IMG/VR virus record: IMGVR_UViG_3300025154_000052
Location: 73,578-137,577 of that record
Strand: one strand, 5' to 3'
Source of the DNA: a virus
Length of the DNA stretch: 64,000 nt
How positions within the stretch are numbered: position 1 is the first letter of the stretch; the number at the start of each line of letters is the position of its first letter. Positions 10,475 to 20,258 of the stretch are shown here, piece after piece. The position numbers and the translations under genes were made by a program. The notes under the pieces are model-generated. The model was not told the DNA's origin and did not search any database. It saw only the letters and a list, made by a program, of their open reading frames with translations.

Positions 10475-11020
10475 ATGCGAAAAGGTGACTGGTGCCAAAC
10501 GTTCACGGGCCTGCAGTTCTGGCCGTTGGACCCGAGACCTGAGGAGATCTGTATCGAGGATATCGCCCATGCCTTGGCGCTCACATGCCGATTCAACGGG
10601 CACTGCCGGTGTTTCTATTCCGTCGCTCAACATTCTTACCTCGTAAGCCAGGAGTGCGGAGTTCTTGATCCTGATTGGTCCCCGATCGTGCAGTTGTGGG
10701 GACTCCTGCACGATGCGGCTGAGGCATACATTGGTGATATGGTGCGTCCTTTGAAACGGGACATGCCCGCCTTTAAGGACGCGGAGAGAGCGATCATGCG
10801 CGCCGTCTGCACGCGATTCGATTTGCCGATGGATGAGCCAGCGATTGTAAAACACGCCGACAACATTCTTCTGGCTACCGAAGCCAGGGATCTGATGGGT
10901 GCGCCTCCGGTCCCGTGGATGCCTCTGCCCGAACCGCTGCCGTTTCACATCGCGCCCGCGTCGCCCGACATGGCTGAGCGCATGTTTCTGAGCATGTTTA
11001 AGGGACTGAGGGAGGAGTGA
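10475..11020 (+). CDS. HD-domain 5'-deoxynucleotidase (YfbR/YfdR-like)
   Basis: IEDIAHAL...RFNGH...YSVAQHS...LLHDAAEAYIGD...ADNILLATE. Confidence 0.9.
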   Translation: MRKGDWCQTFTGLQFWPLDPRPEEICIEDIAHALALTCRFNGHCRCFYSVAQHSYLVSQECGVLDPDWSPIVQLWGLLHDAAEAYIGDMVRPLKRDMPAFKDAERAIMRAVCTRFDLPMDEPAIVKHADNILLATEARDLMGAPPVPWMPLPEPLPFHIAPASPDMAERMFLSMFKGLREE

Positions 11021-11241
11021 GATGCCTGACGGTCTCTACCGCTGCGTCATCTACTACGCCGTAGCGGCGTTTGTGGTCGAAGGTGGCACCGTGACCCGGT
11101 GCGCGCCGATCCTGCGGCGATGGACAAGAACGGCTCCAACGTGGTCCGAGCGACGAGGCGGGAGATCCGGGAGACACGGGAGCAGATCCGCTCAGCGATT
11201 CTGCGGGCGGGAGGTGTGCGTGGATTCTGTGGGAGGTAAGC

Positions 11242-11703
11242 GTGAGAAACCGACGTTCGTCCGCTCAACCTGATCCCGATCTTCCACCGGTGGACCCCGT
11301 GCTCGAGTCGGTATTGCCCTGGGGATGGACACGGATCGAGCCAGAGGGGGGAGGCCCCGCATTCTGGATCGGGTTCGAGCCGCAGACAGGGGATGTCTGG
11401 TATGTGGACCCTGGTACCCGTGGACAGCGTGAGGGATGGTGGATGGTACACGGCGCGGCAGGAGGGATCTCGTATACGTGGGGACGATCACCTGTGCAAG
11501 CGCTTCAGAGGGGGAAACGGCGGATCGAGGTAGAAGCCCGGCAAGAGGCAGTGAGGGCGGAGCGGAATAAGCGGGCATGGCGTATCGGAGGAAGAGATCC
11601 GCTTGTGTCGACCTGGTGGCAAGCGCGATATGGTAGTAGGAAGCGCATGTACCGAGAGAGGGCGGCTATATGGCGCAAACTCCCTCGACGGAGGCTCCCG
11701 TGA
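11242..11703 (+). CDS. hypothetical protein
   Basis: 153 aa, Trp/Arg-rich. Confidence 0.55.
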   Translation: MRNRRSSAQPDPDLPPVDPVLESVLPWGWTRIEPEGGGPAFWIGFEPQTGDVWYVDPGTRGQREGWWMVHGAAGGISYTWGRSPVQALQRGKRRIEVEARQEAVRAERNKRAWRIGGRDPLVSTWWQARYGSRKRMYRERAAIWRKLPRRRLP

Positions 11704-11903
11704 CAACAGTCGCATTCTGGCTGTTCAACCTGCTCGCGCTCGTCTGGTCGCGGGACCACCGGGCATGGCTCGCGGTACCTGCGGGCACCCTGTCGCTCTT
11801 CGCGTGGGCGGCGGTAGTAATGGGTAGCCTCGAGCCGGTGCTATTTGCGGTAATGATGATCGGGATCGGGGCGATAATAGCGACAATGGGAGGTGAACGA
11901 TGA
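11670..11903 (+). CDS. small membrane protein
   Basis: Two to three hydrophobic segments; start probably 11700. Confidence 0.55.
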   Translation: MAQTPSTEAPVTTVAFWLFNLLALVWSRDHRAWLAVPAGTLSLFAWAAVVMGSLEPVLFAVMMIGIGAIIATMGGER

Positions 11904-12100
11904 GTAGGCACCTTTGGACCGACGTGGACGGCGACGAGGGGTATGTTGAGATCATCGGCAGGTCGATCTGGCTGTGGCTTGCGAACGAGGAGGATGACGC
12001 TGAGGCATTCCACCGACTGACCCCCAAGACTGCCCGACAGGTGGCGCGGTATCTGATCGAGGCTGCGAGTTCGATCGATGGAAAGGGCGGAGATGAGTGA
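11900..12100 (+). CDS. hypothetical protein
   Basis: GGAGGT RBS, ATGA overlap. Confidence 0.65.
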   Translation: MSRHLWTDVDGDEGYVEIIGRSIWLWLANEEDDAEAFHRLTPKTARQVARYLIEAASSIDGKGGDE

Positions 12101-12491
12101 CGATACCTTGATCAACCGGCTGCGATGTCGGTATCCTATTGGACCCATCGGAGCCGACAGCGAGCCGGAGCAGCGGGCGGCAGCGATGACACTGGGGGGG
12201 GAGGCACGGGTGAAAGTCCTGTTGATCGGTGACAGTGACAGCGCCCGCGTGCAAGCGCTGATCGACGCAGCAAGGCAGCACGGCATCGACCTCACCGTCG
12301 AGACCGCGATCAGCGGTGTACCTCCGCGTATCCCCGGCGAACCGCGACACACCGAAGCAGCCAAGGAATCGCTCCGCGACGTGGCAATGATACTCAGTCG
12401 GCAGCCGGTGGAAGCCGTCGAGCTGATCAAGCAGGTGCCGCACTGGCAGGAGATCGGTGCTCGGAAGCGCCGGAAGTCGTGGCGAAGGTGA
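12078..12491 (+). CDS. hypothetical protein
   Basis: 137-aa in-operon ORF. Confidence 0.55.
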   Translation: MERAEMSDDTLINRLRCRYPIGPIGADSEPEQRAAAMTLGGEARVKVLLIGDSDSARVQALIDAARQHGIDLTVETAISGVPPRIPGEPRHTEAAKESLRDVAMILSRQPVEAVELIKQVPHWQEIGARKRRKSWRR

Positions 12492-12772
12492 AGCCAAGTA
12501 TCCTGCTACCGCTGGCTTTCCTGGGGTTGGGCGACGTGTGGGCACGGTCTGATCAGCAGTCGACGCATCGACCGTCACAACCGTCATCTGCTCAGGTGAT
12601 CGCGCGGAAAAAGCGCAAGAAGCGCAAGAAGCGCCGCGACCATGTGCGACGCAATCAAGGAAAGAAGCGATGACTGAACTTCTCATCCCCATCGCTCTGA
12701 TGGTCGGGCTTCCTCTCGCAGCCGCACTGGTAGGCGAGATCATTCACCGGATCGCCACACGGAAGAGTAAGC

Positions 12773-14059
12773 ATGAATCTGAATGAGCAGCAGCAAGCAG
12801 CGCTCGAGCAGATGGGAACGTTCCTGAAGGGGAAGGAGCGTCACTTCCTGCTGGAAGGATTCGCCGGCACAGGGAAGACGTTCTCCGTCCAGCAATTCCT
12901 GCTGTCTGCCAGGGTGAAAAAACTCGCCATAGCTGCACCCACCAACAAGGCGGTGAAGGTAATCCGCGACTTCGGCAAGACGACGGGACTGGATGGTGCT
13001 CACTACGCGACGGTTCACCGGCTACTGGGCCTGAAGGCACAGGTGGACCCTGACACCGGGAAACAGGTGTTTGTACCCGATCCATGGAACAAGACCACGC
13101 TCGAGAACTTCGACCTCGTTGTCATCGACGAGGCGTCGATGGTCGGGAAGCCGCTGTACGATCTCGTCTGCCGGTACATGGGCAAGAAGACGAAGATCGT
13201 CTGGATGGGTGACCCGGCGCAACTTCCGCCAGTTGGGGAGAAACACTCGCCTGTGTTCTCGACGTCCAACAGAGTACTTCTGACTCAGATCATGCGACAT
13301 GGTGGTTCCATCCAGGGTGCGGTGAACCTCGTTCGTGACCGCATCGGGAAGGGTGTGTTACCGGAGTTCCTGTCCTGCAACGACGGGAATGAGGGCGTCT
13401 GGTCTATCTCGAAGCGACAATGGCTTCAGCGGCTGGAAACCGACTTCACGAGCCAATCGTTCAAGGCTGACAGCGACTTCGTGCGAGCTGTTGCATGGAC
13501 GAATCGGGTAGTGGACTGGGGCAACAACCGCATCCACCGTGCCATCTACGGCGACGATGCTAAGCCGTTCATGCCGGGACAACGAGTCGTCGCTCGAGAC
13601 CCGGTCGTGGACGGTGAAGAGATCCTGATGACCACGTCCGAAGAGGCGACGGTCATCACCGCAGAACCGACTACGGCGAAGGGACTGGCCGCCTGGGAAC
13701 TCAAACTGGAGATCGAGACGGGCACCGGCTCATCCATCATCTACGTTCATGCACTGGACCCATCCGCTGAGATGTCGTTCCAGAACGAACTCGAGCGACT
13801 CAGAGCGCGGGCACTGTCCGCTACCCCGCGTGACAAGTCCAGTGCATGGAGGGCCTATTACGCCTACCTGCAATACTTCGCCCCGCTGGGCCCAATCTAT
13901 TGGAGCACGGTACATAAGGCCCAGGGGAGTACCTTTACCCGGTGCTATGTCGCGTTGGGAGACGTGAAGCGTAACCCGAACCGACTCGAGCGAGACCGGT
14001 GCATCTACACGGCATACACCAGAGCGGCGAAGCAGTTGGTGATCCCGAGTGGAAGTTGA
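12773..14059 (+). CDS. Dda/RecD2-like SF1B DNA helicase
   Basis: LEGFAGTGKT, AAPTNKA, VIDEASM, GDPAQLPPV, STVHKAQGSTF, YTAYTRA. Confidence 0.92.
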   Translation: MNLNEQQQAALEQMGTFLKGKERHFLLEGFAGTGKTFSVQQFLLSARVKKLAIAAPTNKAVKVIRDFGKTTGLDGAHYATVHRLLGLKAQVDPDTGKQVFVPDPWNKTTLENFDLVVIDEASMVGKPLYDLVCRYMGKKTKIVWMGDPAQLPPVGEKHSPVFSTSNRVLLTQIMRHGGSIQGAVNLVRDRIGKGVLPEFLSCNDGNEGVWSISKRQWLQRLETDFTSQSFKADSDFVRAVAWTNRVVDWGNNRIHRAIYGDDAKPFMPGQRVVARDPVVDGEEILMTTSEEATVITAEPTTAKGLAAWELKLEIETGTGSSIIYVHALDPSAEMSFQNELERLRARALSATPRDKSSAWRAYYAYLQYFAPLGPIYWSTVHKAQGSTFTRCYVALGDVKRNPNRLERDRCIYTAYTRAAKQLVIPSGS

Positions 14060-14086
14060 AGTGAAGCAACCAGAACAGGAGCAGTC

Positions 14087-14800
14087 ATGCAAGCACAACT
14101 GATAGCAGATGAAGCAACAATGGATTGCCAGCGGGCATTCGTGCAGTTGGTACAGGTGGTTCAGCAGCAGACCGGTGAGCCGATGCGCTTTTCCGTCGAG
14201 CGATTGGCCAGACTTTCGCTTGACAACGAACAGATCAACGAAGCGTTCTTGGTGCTCCGGCACTTCATGTACGTGAAAGGATGGACCGCCCAGGGGTTCT
14301 CCCAACGGTTCAAGAACGGTATCACCTTGGATGGCGTATCTGTCGCGCTCGTTCCTTACGCAGCCGACAGGGATAAGCGGTGGCGCGTCGTCGACACCGT
14401 CCCCGAAGTGACACGGTGTCCCGATGAGAAGCAGGATGTTCGTCACCTGCTCGATCGCATTGAGCAGGTGACGAACCAGTACGGGCGGGATGGCGCGGAC
14501 ATTGTCGAGTGGCTGAAGTTTGCACTGGACGATCGGCTCGACTTCAGAGCGTCAGTTGGTGTCCTGGAAAACGAATTGCAGAGCCTGTGGACAAGGGCGC
14601 AAGACCTCGGTCTGCCCGTCGAAAGTGATGCCGGGAAGGTCGTGGACCAGATCATCAGTGAGATCGGCAGACTGCAGAAGAGCGCCGGCGTCGTCCGGAA
14701 GATCCGCAACCTCGTTCTGGACGTCGAAAGCGACGAACGGCCGCGAAGTCTCGCCACGGATGTGATCTCCGACATGTCAGACTCAGAGTGCCGTGTCTGA
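14087..14800 (+). CDS. hypothetical protein
   Basis: AGGAG RBS, 237 aa, coiled-coil C-terminus. Confidence 0.75.
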   Translation: MQAQLIADEATMDCQRAFVQLVQVVQQQTGEPMRFSVERLARLSLDNEQINEAFLVLRHFMYVKGWTAQGFSQRFKNGITLDGVSVALVPYAADRDKRWRVVDTVPEVTRCPDEKQDVRHLLDRIEQVTNQYGRDGADIVEWLKFALDDRLDFRASVGVLENELQSLWTRAQDLGLPVESDAGKVVDQIISEIGRLQKSAGVVRKIRNLVLDVESDERPRSLATDVISDMSDSECRV

Positions 14801-14810
14801 TCTTTCCTCC

Positions 14811-14839
14811 TTGACCCGTTGCTTTCGCCTCGGTACAAT
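14811..14839 (+). promoter_or_regulatory. sigma70-like promoter
   Basis: TTGACC-N17-TACAAT. Confidence 0.7.
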
Positions 14840-14844
14840 CTCAC

Positions 14845-14946
14845 CCAGCGACACCAGAGTTGAACCGGGAGCCCTGAACCGGGGTCCCCTCCAAAGTTAA
14901 CTGGTGAAGCTATGCCCTTGGGTCGCGAGGCTCAGGGGCTTTTTTG
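14845..14946 (+). ncRNA. candidate ~100-nt small RNA
   Basis: ORF-free unit between a strong promoter and an intrinsic terminator. Confidence 0.5.
14914..14946 (+). terminator. intrinsic terminator
   Basis: GCCCTTGGGTC-GCGA-GGCTCAGGGGC followed by T6. Confidence 0.8.
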
Positions 14947-14963
14947 TTTACACCCCACGGAAA

Positions 14964-15006
14964 CATTAAAATGAGGATTGACTGATTCTCTAGCGTCGGC
15001 TATGAT
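14964..15006 (+). promoter_or_regulatory. promoter with upstream CATTAAAAT box
   Basis: CATTAAAATG-N4-TTGACT-N17-TATGAT. Confidence 0.7.
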
Positions 15007-15040
15007 CTCAGGTAGCTGTATAACACAGGGAGGACATAGC

Positions 15041-15337
15041 ATGCGTAAGAATTTCGTTCCCTCAGATTGCATTCACTACGAAGAGCCGGGGCAGATCGAG
15101 CGGTTGACCTACCGCGAAATCGACAACAGACGCCTATATCTGGAGCATCCCGCACGGATGACCCGGGCCGATATGCTGGCGGGCAAAGCCGCTGACTGGA
15201 CCGATGAGCGGGTGGATGCATACGCCGCCCAGTTCACCCTACCGGCGCCTTTCCGCATGCACTGCACGGTCCAGGGCCCGGCGAGCGCTGCGCCCAATGC
15301 CCCTATGATCGTCATCTGCGACATCCGGAGAAACTAA
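15041..15337 (+). CDS. hypothetical protein
   Basis: GGAGG RBS, start MRKNF. Confidence 0.7.
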   Translation: MRKNFVPSDCIHYEEPGQIERLTYREIDNRRLYLEHPARMTRADMLAGKAADWTDERVDAYAAQFTLPAPFRMHCTVQGPASAAPNAPMIVICDIRRN

Positions 15338-15339
15338 CC

Positions 15340-16530
15340 ATGCCACGGGTGGAGGGCTACTGTCATCGGTGCGGAACGTGGCTTCGTATGGAGAAGGTTC
15401 CCGACCGTCGCACTGCCGACTGGCGATCTGCGAACCGCACCTTCACCTGTGATCCGTGCAAGGAGTTCATCAGACGAGAGCGTACGCGGATGGCAGCCAA
15501 AATCAATGCCGCTCGAGGCCGCCCTCCACTGGTAGGAAGCCAGTCCCAAATTGACTGGGCCGAGACAATCCGGCTCGAGGTTCTTCAGAAGGTGGAGGAC
15601 GCCATCAATCGCATCTACATGGTGGACCCGGTGGCGAGTGCAGCAGACATATTCATGTGCCGCTCGCTTGGTGTGCAGGCGTGGGATCGGCTGCTGGTCG
15701 CCATCGAGGCGCTCGAGCAGCAGGACGATGCTCACTGGTGGATCGACAACCGAGAGTCCTTTCATGTCGGCATCATCGGTGAGATGGCTCGAGCCGTCCT
15801 GTCACCTGAGCAGGTGGAAGCCAAGGAGGCTCAAGAGGCGAACACCCAGGCCGCTATTGAGGATAGTACAATCGGTCCACCGATCGGTATCGCGCTTCAG
15901 TCTCCACTCCCCGTGGAGATTCGTGTTGGTTCGTCGATGGTGACCGCCCTTCTGCCTGACCGCCACGAGTCGTTCCGTGTACTGGTTCGGTCGCTCGGAT
16001 ACCGATGGAATCCAGACGTTCGTGTCTGGCAACGTCTAATCGATGATCGCAATGGTCCAAGCGATGACCGGGCCGTTGAACTTGCACATAGATTGCTGAC
16101 GGCAGGCTTTCGGGTTTGTATCCACGACTCGGTTCTGCGCCGACGAGTTGCCGCTGCCGAATTTATGCCTGAGCATACTCGGTGGATCATGCGCCGGGGC
16201 GAGGGCAAATATACCGGGTGGTTCGCCATCCAGTGGGCGCGTGGGGAGGATTACTACCAGCGCGCCAAGCGGCTGCCAGGCTCGAGATATGACAAGCCCT
16301 ACGTTGTTGTGCCTTCGTCGGCTTACGAGTCGGTGGCAGATTTCGCGGAGTTGTATGACTTCAGATTCTCGGCTGTTGCCAATCAACTCCTTGAGCAGGC
16401 CGAGAAGGCGGTCCAGGCTACTCGCCTAGAGAAACTGGCCAAACGACTCGAGAAGCCAAAGCCGAAGGACGGGCTGAGAGAGATCCTGTCCACAACATCC
16501 GGAATCCCAGCCGAGTTACTTGATGACTAA
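15340..16530 (+). CDS. hypothetical protein with N-terminal CxxC pairs and two HARP-like repeats
   Basis: CHRC/CDPC; LVGSQSQIDWAETIR; LGYRWNPDVRVWQ and AKRLPGSRYDK segments. Confidence 0.65.
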   Translation: MPRVEGYCHRCGTWLRMEKVPDRRTADWRSANRTFTCDPCKEFIRRERTRMAAKINAARGRPPLVGSQSQIDWAETIRLEVLQKVEDAINRIYMVDPVASAADIFMCRSLGVQAWDRLLVAIEALEQQDDAHWWIDNRESFHVGIIGEMARAVLSPEQVEAKEAQEANTQAAIEDSTIGPPIGIALQSPLPVEIRVGSSMVTALLPDRHESFRVLVRSLGYRWNPDVRVWQRLIDDRNGPSDDRAVELAHRLLTAGFRVCIHDSVLRRRVAAAEFMPEHTRWIMRRGEGKYTGWFAIQWARGEDYYQRAKRLPGSRYDKPYVVVPSSAYESVADFAELYDFRFSAVANQLLEQAEKAVQATRLEKLAKRLEKPKPKDGLREILSTTSGIPAELLDD

Positions 16531-17956
16531 GACTGATCTCCTACCATTTCAGATTCCTGCCGTGGAAAAGCTTCAGCCGTTGCGTGTTGGGGCGCTCTTT
16601 ATGGACATGGGGCTTGGCAAGAGCAGGGCCGCCATCGAACTCGTTGCGCGGCGGCAAGAGAAGATCAGTCGAGTCGTCTGGTTCTGTCCAGTCAGTCTGA
16701 AGGAGACGATTGAGTTTGAGATCCACAAGCATGTGGACACGGAGTCGCACCCGGTTTACGTCTTCGACGACAAGACACATCAGGGCGCAATCCCACGAGC
16801 GTTCTGGTACGTGATCGGGCTCGAGTCGATGGGTTCCAGCAGTCGAGTTATCCTGGCCGCTCGAGATCTGATGGACGAGAGCACATGTGTCATCGTGGAC
16901 GAGTCGGACTTCATCAAGGGCCACCGTTCGCAGCGGACCTGGTGGGTCACTGAGATCAGCAAAAACACTCGATATCGCCTCATCCTGAGTGGCACATCGG
17001 TTACCCAGGGTATCGTGGACCTTTACGCCCAGTTTCGCTTCCTATCCCCTCTCATCCTCGGGTATCGGTCATTCTACAGCTTTGCCGCGAATCATCTTGA
17101 GTACAGTGAGAAGTACCCGGGTTTGATCGTTCGGTCGCTCAACACCGGATACATCGCGGCGAAGATTGCGCCGTTCACCTATCAGGTGACGAAGGACGAA
17201 TGTCTGACCTTGCCCAAGAAATTGTACGAGACGAGATATTTCGGAATGACACCACAACAGGAGATGACGTATCAGCAGGCGAAGTATGAACTCCTGATGG
17301 ACGTGGACCCGGACGAGATGAACTCGTGGGTCATCTTCCGGCTGTTCACGGCGCTCCAGCAGATCGTCTGTGGCTTCTGGAATCGACGGCCACCGCGAGA
17401 GAACCGGCGCGACCGTCCCGAAATGGAGCACATCGATCTGCCACACTATCGTCTGGAGGTGCTTCAGGACGTGCTGGCGCGGATTCCAGGCGATGAGAAG
17501 GTGATCATCTGGGCCAAGTTCGACTACGACGTACAGGGGATTATGGGCGCCTTAAACGCTCACTACGGAGCAAGCCAGGTCTCTCTGTTCTGCGGTAAGA
17601 ACGCGGCGACACGAGATGAAGAACTCGAGCGCTTCCGTGGTCCTGCCCGGTTCCTCGTTGCTACCCCGTCCAGTGGCGGGCGCGGTCTTACAGTCAACGA
17701 TGCCCGATTCATGGTGTTCTACAACAACGGGTTCAAATACAGCGAGAGGAAGCAAGCCGCTGATCGCAACTACCGGATCGGGCAGGATATGCCGGTCACG
17801 ATTATCGACATCATCTGCAACGCTGGCATTGATCTCCGAATCATGGATGCACTGGCCACCAAACAAGGTGTGGTCCAGTCATTCCGACGTGAGGTCAAGA
17901 AACTTCGCGAGATGAAGGACGAAAAAAAATTCGCTGAGTTGGTCGCTTCGGTGTGA
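16520..17956 (+). CDS. SNF2-family (SF2) helicase/ATPase
   Basis: LFMDMGLGKS, IVDESDFIK, ILSGT, FTALQQI, GGRGLTV, QAADRNYRIGQ. Confidence 0.92.
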   Translation: MMTKTDLLPFQIPAVEKLQPLRVGALFMDMGLGKSRAAIELVARRQEKISRVVWFCPVSLKETIEFEIHKHVDTESHPVYVFDDKTHQGAIPRAFWYVIGLESMGSSSRVILAARDLMDESTCVIVDESDFIKGHRSQRTWWVTEISKNTRYRLILSGTSVTQGIVDLYAQFRFLSPLILGYRSFYSFAANHLEYSEKYPGLIVRSLNTGYIAAKIAPFTYQVTKDECLTLPKKLYETRYFGMTPQQEMTYQQAKYELLMDVDPDEMNSWVIFRLFTALQQIVCGFWNRRPPRENRRDRPEMEHIDLPHYRLEVLQDVLARIPGDEKVIIWAKFDYDVQGIMGALNAHYGASQVSLFCGKNAATRDEELERFRGPARFLVATPSSGGRGLTVNDARFMVFYNNGFKYSERKQAADRNYRIGQDMPVTIIDIICNAGIDLRIMDALATKQGVVQSFRREVKKLREMKDEKKFAELVASV

Positions 17957-17963
17957 TTTCCTG

Positions 17964-17992
17964 TTGACGCCGAATATACGTAAGCGTATATT
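17964..17992 (+). promoter_or_regulatory. promoter with overlapping palindromic operator
   Basis: TTGACG-N17-TATATT; AATATACG-taag-CGTATATT (17973-17992). Confidence 0.8.
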
Positions 17993-18024
17993 TAAGCCAT
18001 ACCACATCACATCGGAGATACATC

Positions 18025-18441
18025 ATGGCCACCCAGATTAAGATTGAGCGCTTCGAAGGTCGGTCCCCTCGGTTCTGGTCCTTGATGGGACCGGTCTTTG
18101 CAGGTCGTGCGTACCGGAAGGAGTTCCCCCATCTGCACGACGATGAGGGCTATATCTGGTTCCTCGGTCTGGATGGTGACAAGGTGGCCGGTGGAGGCGC
18201 CTGTCACATAGTCGGCACGACCGGTCACCTTCACGGGATCTTCGTCATGCAGCCGTATGCCGGTGCCGGGCTGTATAGTCGACTGGTGAGCGAGCGGATC
18301 GATTTCATGCGCTCCAAGGGCGTCAAGGTAATCCGGATCAAGGCGTTCGCCTCGAGTGTTCCGGTGCTCGAGGCGCTGGGGTTCAAGGCCACAGGGAAGT
18401 TTGGGACGGTGGTCCCGATGGAACTCAAACTGGAGGAATGA
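18025..18441 (+). CDS. GNAT-family acetyltransferase
   Basis: LHGIFVMQPYAGAGLYSRL...VLEALGFK. Confidence 0.8.
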   Translation: MATQIKIERFEGRSPRFWSLMGPVFAGRAYRKEFPHLHDDEGYIWFLGLDGDKVAGGGACHIVGTTGHLHGIFVMQPYAGAGLYSRLVSERIDFMRSKGVKVIRIKAFASSVPVLEALGFKATGKFGTVVPMELKLEE

Positions 18442-18606
18442 ATGATGTTGTCACAGGAACAGCATGCGGCCAGGTTCGCCTATGTCGCGAAGTATCCTCA
18501 CCTTAATTCTATCCGCGACTGGAGGACATTCTGTCTCAATGCCAGCAGGTTGAGTTGCGCGGGTATCCCGGTTCGTCACTTGTTGGTGATTACGAGAGAC
18601 TAGGCC

Positions 18607-18807
18607 ATGACGGTTCAAGAAGTTGCGGCACGACTCGGGACGTCGATCCGAGTCGTGCAGGACATGTGTAAACGCGGCGTGCTCGGTGCCGTTCCCCCTC
18701 GGGACTGGGATGTGTGCCCCTTGTGCCTCGAAGAGTATGTGCTGAGACCTCGGGGCAAGGGACGCCGGCAGCCGAAACAGGTATGCAGTCACAGGAAGGA
18801 AACGTGA
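18607..18807 (+). CDS. MerR/excisionase-type HTH protein
   Basis: MTVQEVAARLGTSIRVVQDMCKRGVLGA. Confidence 0.75.
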   Translation: MTVQEVAARLGTSIRVVQDMCKRGVLGAVPPRDWDVCPLCLEEYVLRPRGKGRRQPKQVCSHRKET

Positions 18808-18974
18808 TGAGAGAAAAAGGAGCATGGTACATCGAGACGTCGTCGGGGAGCATATATTACTACCACGTCAAGTTTGACGTGGCCGAACGGATGGCTCGTA
18901 AGATCGAGCGTGAGAGGGGTCTACCTGAGTTCTCCCTGATGGTCCGGTGGTACGATGACTGGCAGAGGTGAGGT

Positions 18975-19268
18975 ATGCGTTTTCTTGTTGTACGCGCAGT
19001 GGCCCTTCTGCCGGATAATCTTCGGTTGGAGATTGAGGAGACCATCGAAGCGATTGGTTTCCATGGGATCGTCGAGCAGGTTGACGGGGTCGACTTCGAT
19101 TACTCGACCATCCCAGGATTGGGCGATGGGTGCGTCATTCCGATTCCCGGCTTTCCGTTTGCGGATGCCGAGAACACTGAAGAGGCGATCACAGAGTACC
19201 GGCAGGGGCATAATGCCGGCGTGTTTGAGACCAGAGAGATGGCTGAGCGATTTACGAGGGATGAGTGA
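18975..19268 (+). CDS. hypothetical protein
   Basis: GAGGT RBS, acidic 97 aa. Confidence 0.65.
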   Translation: MRFLVVRAVALLPDNLRLEIEETIEAIGFHGIVEQVDGVDFDYSTIPGLGDGCVIPIPGFPFADAENTEEAITEYRQGHNAGVFETREMAERFTRDE

Positions 19269-19918
19269 TGTATTACAGATGCACGTTCCGCGACTGCACG
19301 CAGATCCTGATGTGTCGGGATCTGGAGGACCCGCAGACGATAGAGGATTACCGCAGGTTGATGCCGCCTCGGGTACGACTGGTATACTCGGACCCGCCGT
19401 GGAATCCCGGAAATGCCACCTACTGGCGCACGCATGCGCAGATGGCCCCTTGCCCGTCATACGACCGGTTTCTCGATGCATTCATCTCTGTGGTCGGGCT
19501 CGCGGTGGAGCGCGGCGCCTTTGACCTACTCATTGAGCAGTCGATCAATGAGGCGCACAGCGATTACCTGCTACGGGCGCTCGAGCGCAATGTGGTGCTC
19601 ATGCCTCTTCGTCGCAGATACGAGGTCATCTATTCGGGAAGACCGAATGCCCTGTTCCACTTCGGTATGCGTGACCTGCATACCGACCCGACCGGGATGT
19701 CGGAGGATGAGATGACTCTGCGCGCATGCGTAGGTGTATGGGCACCTGTCGGCTCGTGGGTCGTCGAACCATGCGTCGGCAAGGGCATGACAAGCCGGGC
19801 CGCTCACGCTCTCGGGTGGAATCTGATTGGCAGCGAGTTGGCCCAACACAGGCTCGATATCACGCTGAAATGGCTCGAGCGGCGTGGGTATCGTGTTGAG
19901 GAGCGGTATGATCCATGA
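19265..19918 (+). CDS. SAM-dependent amino-methyltransferase (beta-class motif order)
   Basis: LVYSDPPW precedes VVEPCVGKGMT and LIGSEL. Confidence 0.75.
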   Translation: MMYYRCTFRDCTQILMCRDLEDPQTIEDYRRLMPPRVRLVYSDPPWNPGNATYWRTHAQMAPCPSYDRFLDAFISVVGLAVERGAFDLLIEQSINEAHSDYLLRALERNVVLMPLRRRYEVIYSGRPNALFHFGMRDLHTDPTGMSEDEMTLRACVGVWAPVGSWVVEPCVGKGMTSRAAHALGWNLIGSELAQHRLDITLKWLERRGYRVEERYDP

Positions 19919-20258
19919 CGCTTGGATGGTCTTGATAAGGCGCGAGTATTTTTTGAGGTCCTTCGCCCGCAAGATCGCCCAAGTGGACATAGTTTTTGAG
20001 TTCAACGGGGGCCCGATAGGTGTTTACTGCCCACATGTGGATAAGTCTGGCTTTTTCCGCGTCGGTCCGATATGGGTTCATCCGGACTATCGCGGCAAGG
20101 GCTATTGCAGCGCCTTTGTCGCATCAGTGACGAAAGGTAAAAAGGCGCGCGCCCTGATCGAGGACACCAACGAGGCTTCTCAGCGGGCGTTCTCTGCCGC
20201 CGGATTCATACTCCAGGGAAGAGGGAATAGAATCAGTTCCTGGTGGGTGAAGCCGTGA
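19908..20258 (+). CDS. GNAT-family acetyltransferase
   Basis: VGPIWVHPDYRGKGY...NEASQRAFSAAGF. Confidence 0.85.
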   Translation: MIHDAWMVLIRREYFLRSFARKIAQVDIVFEFNGGPIGVYCPHVDKSGFFRVGPIWVHPDYRGKGYCSAFVASVTKGKKARALIEDTNEASQRAFSAAGFILQGRGNRISSWWVKP

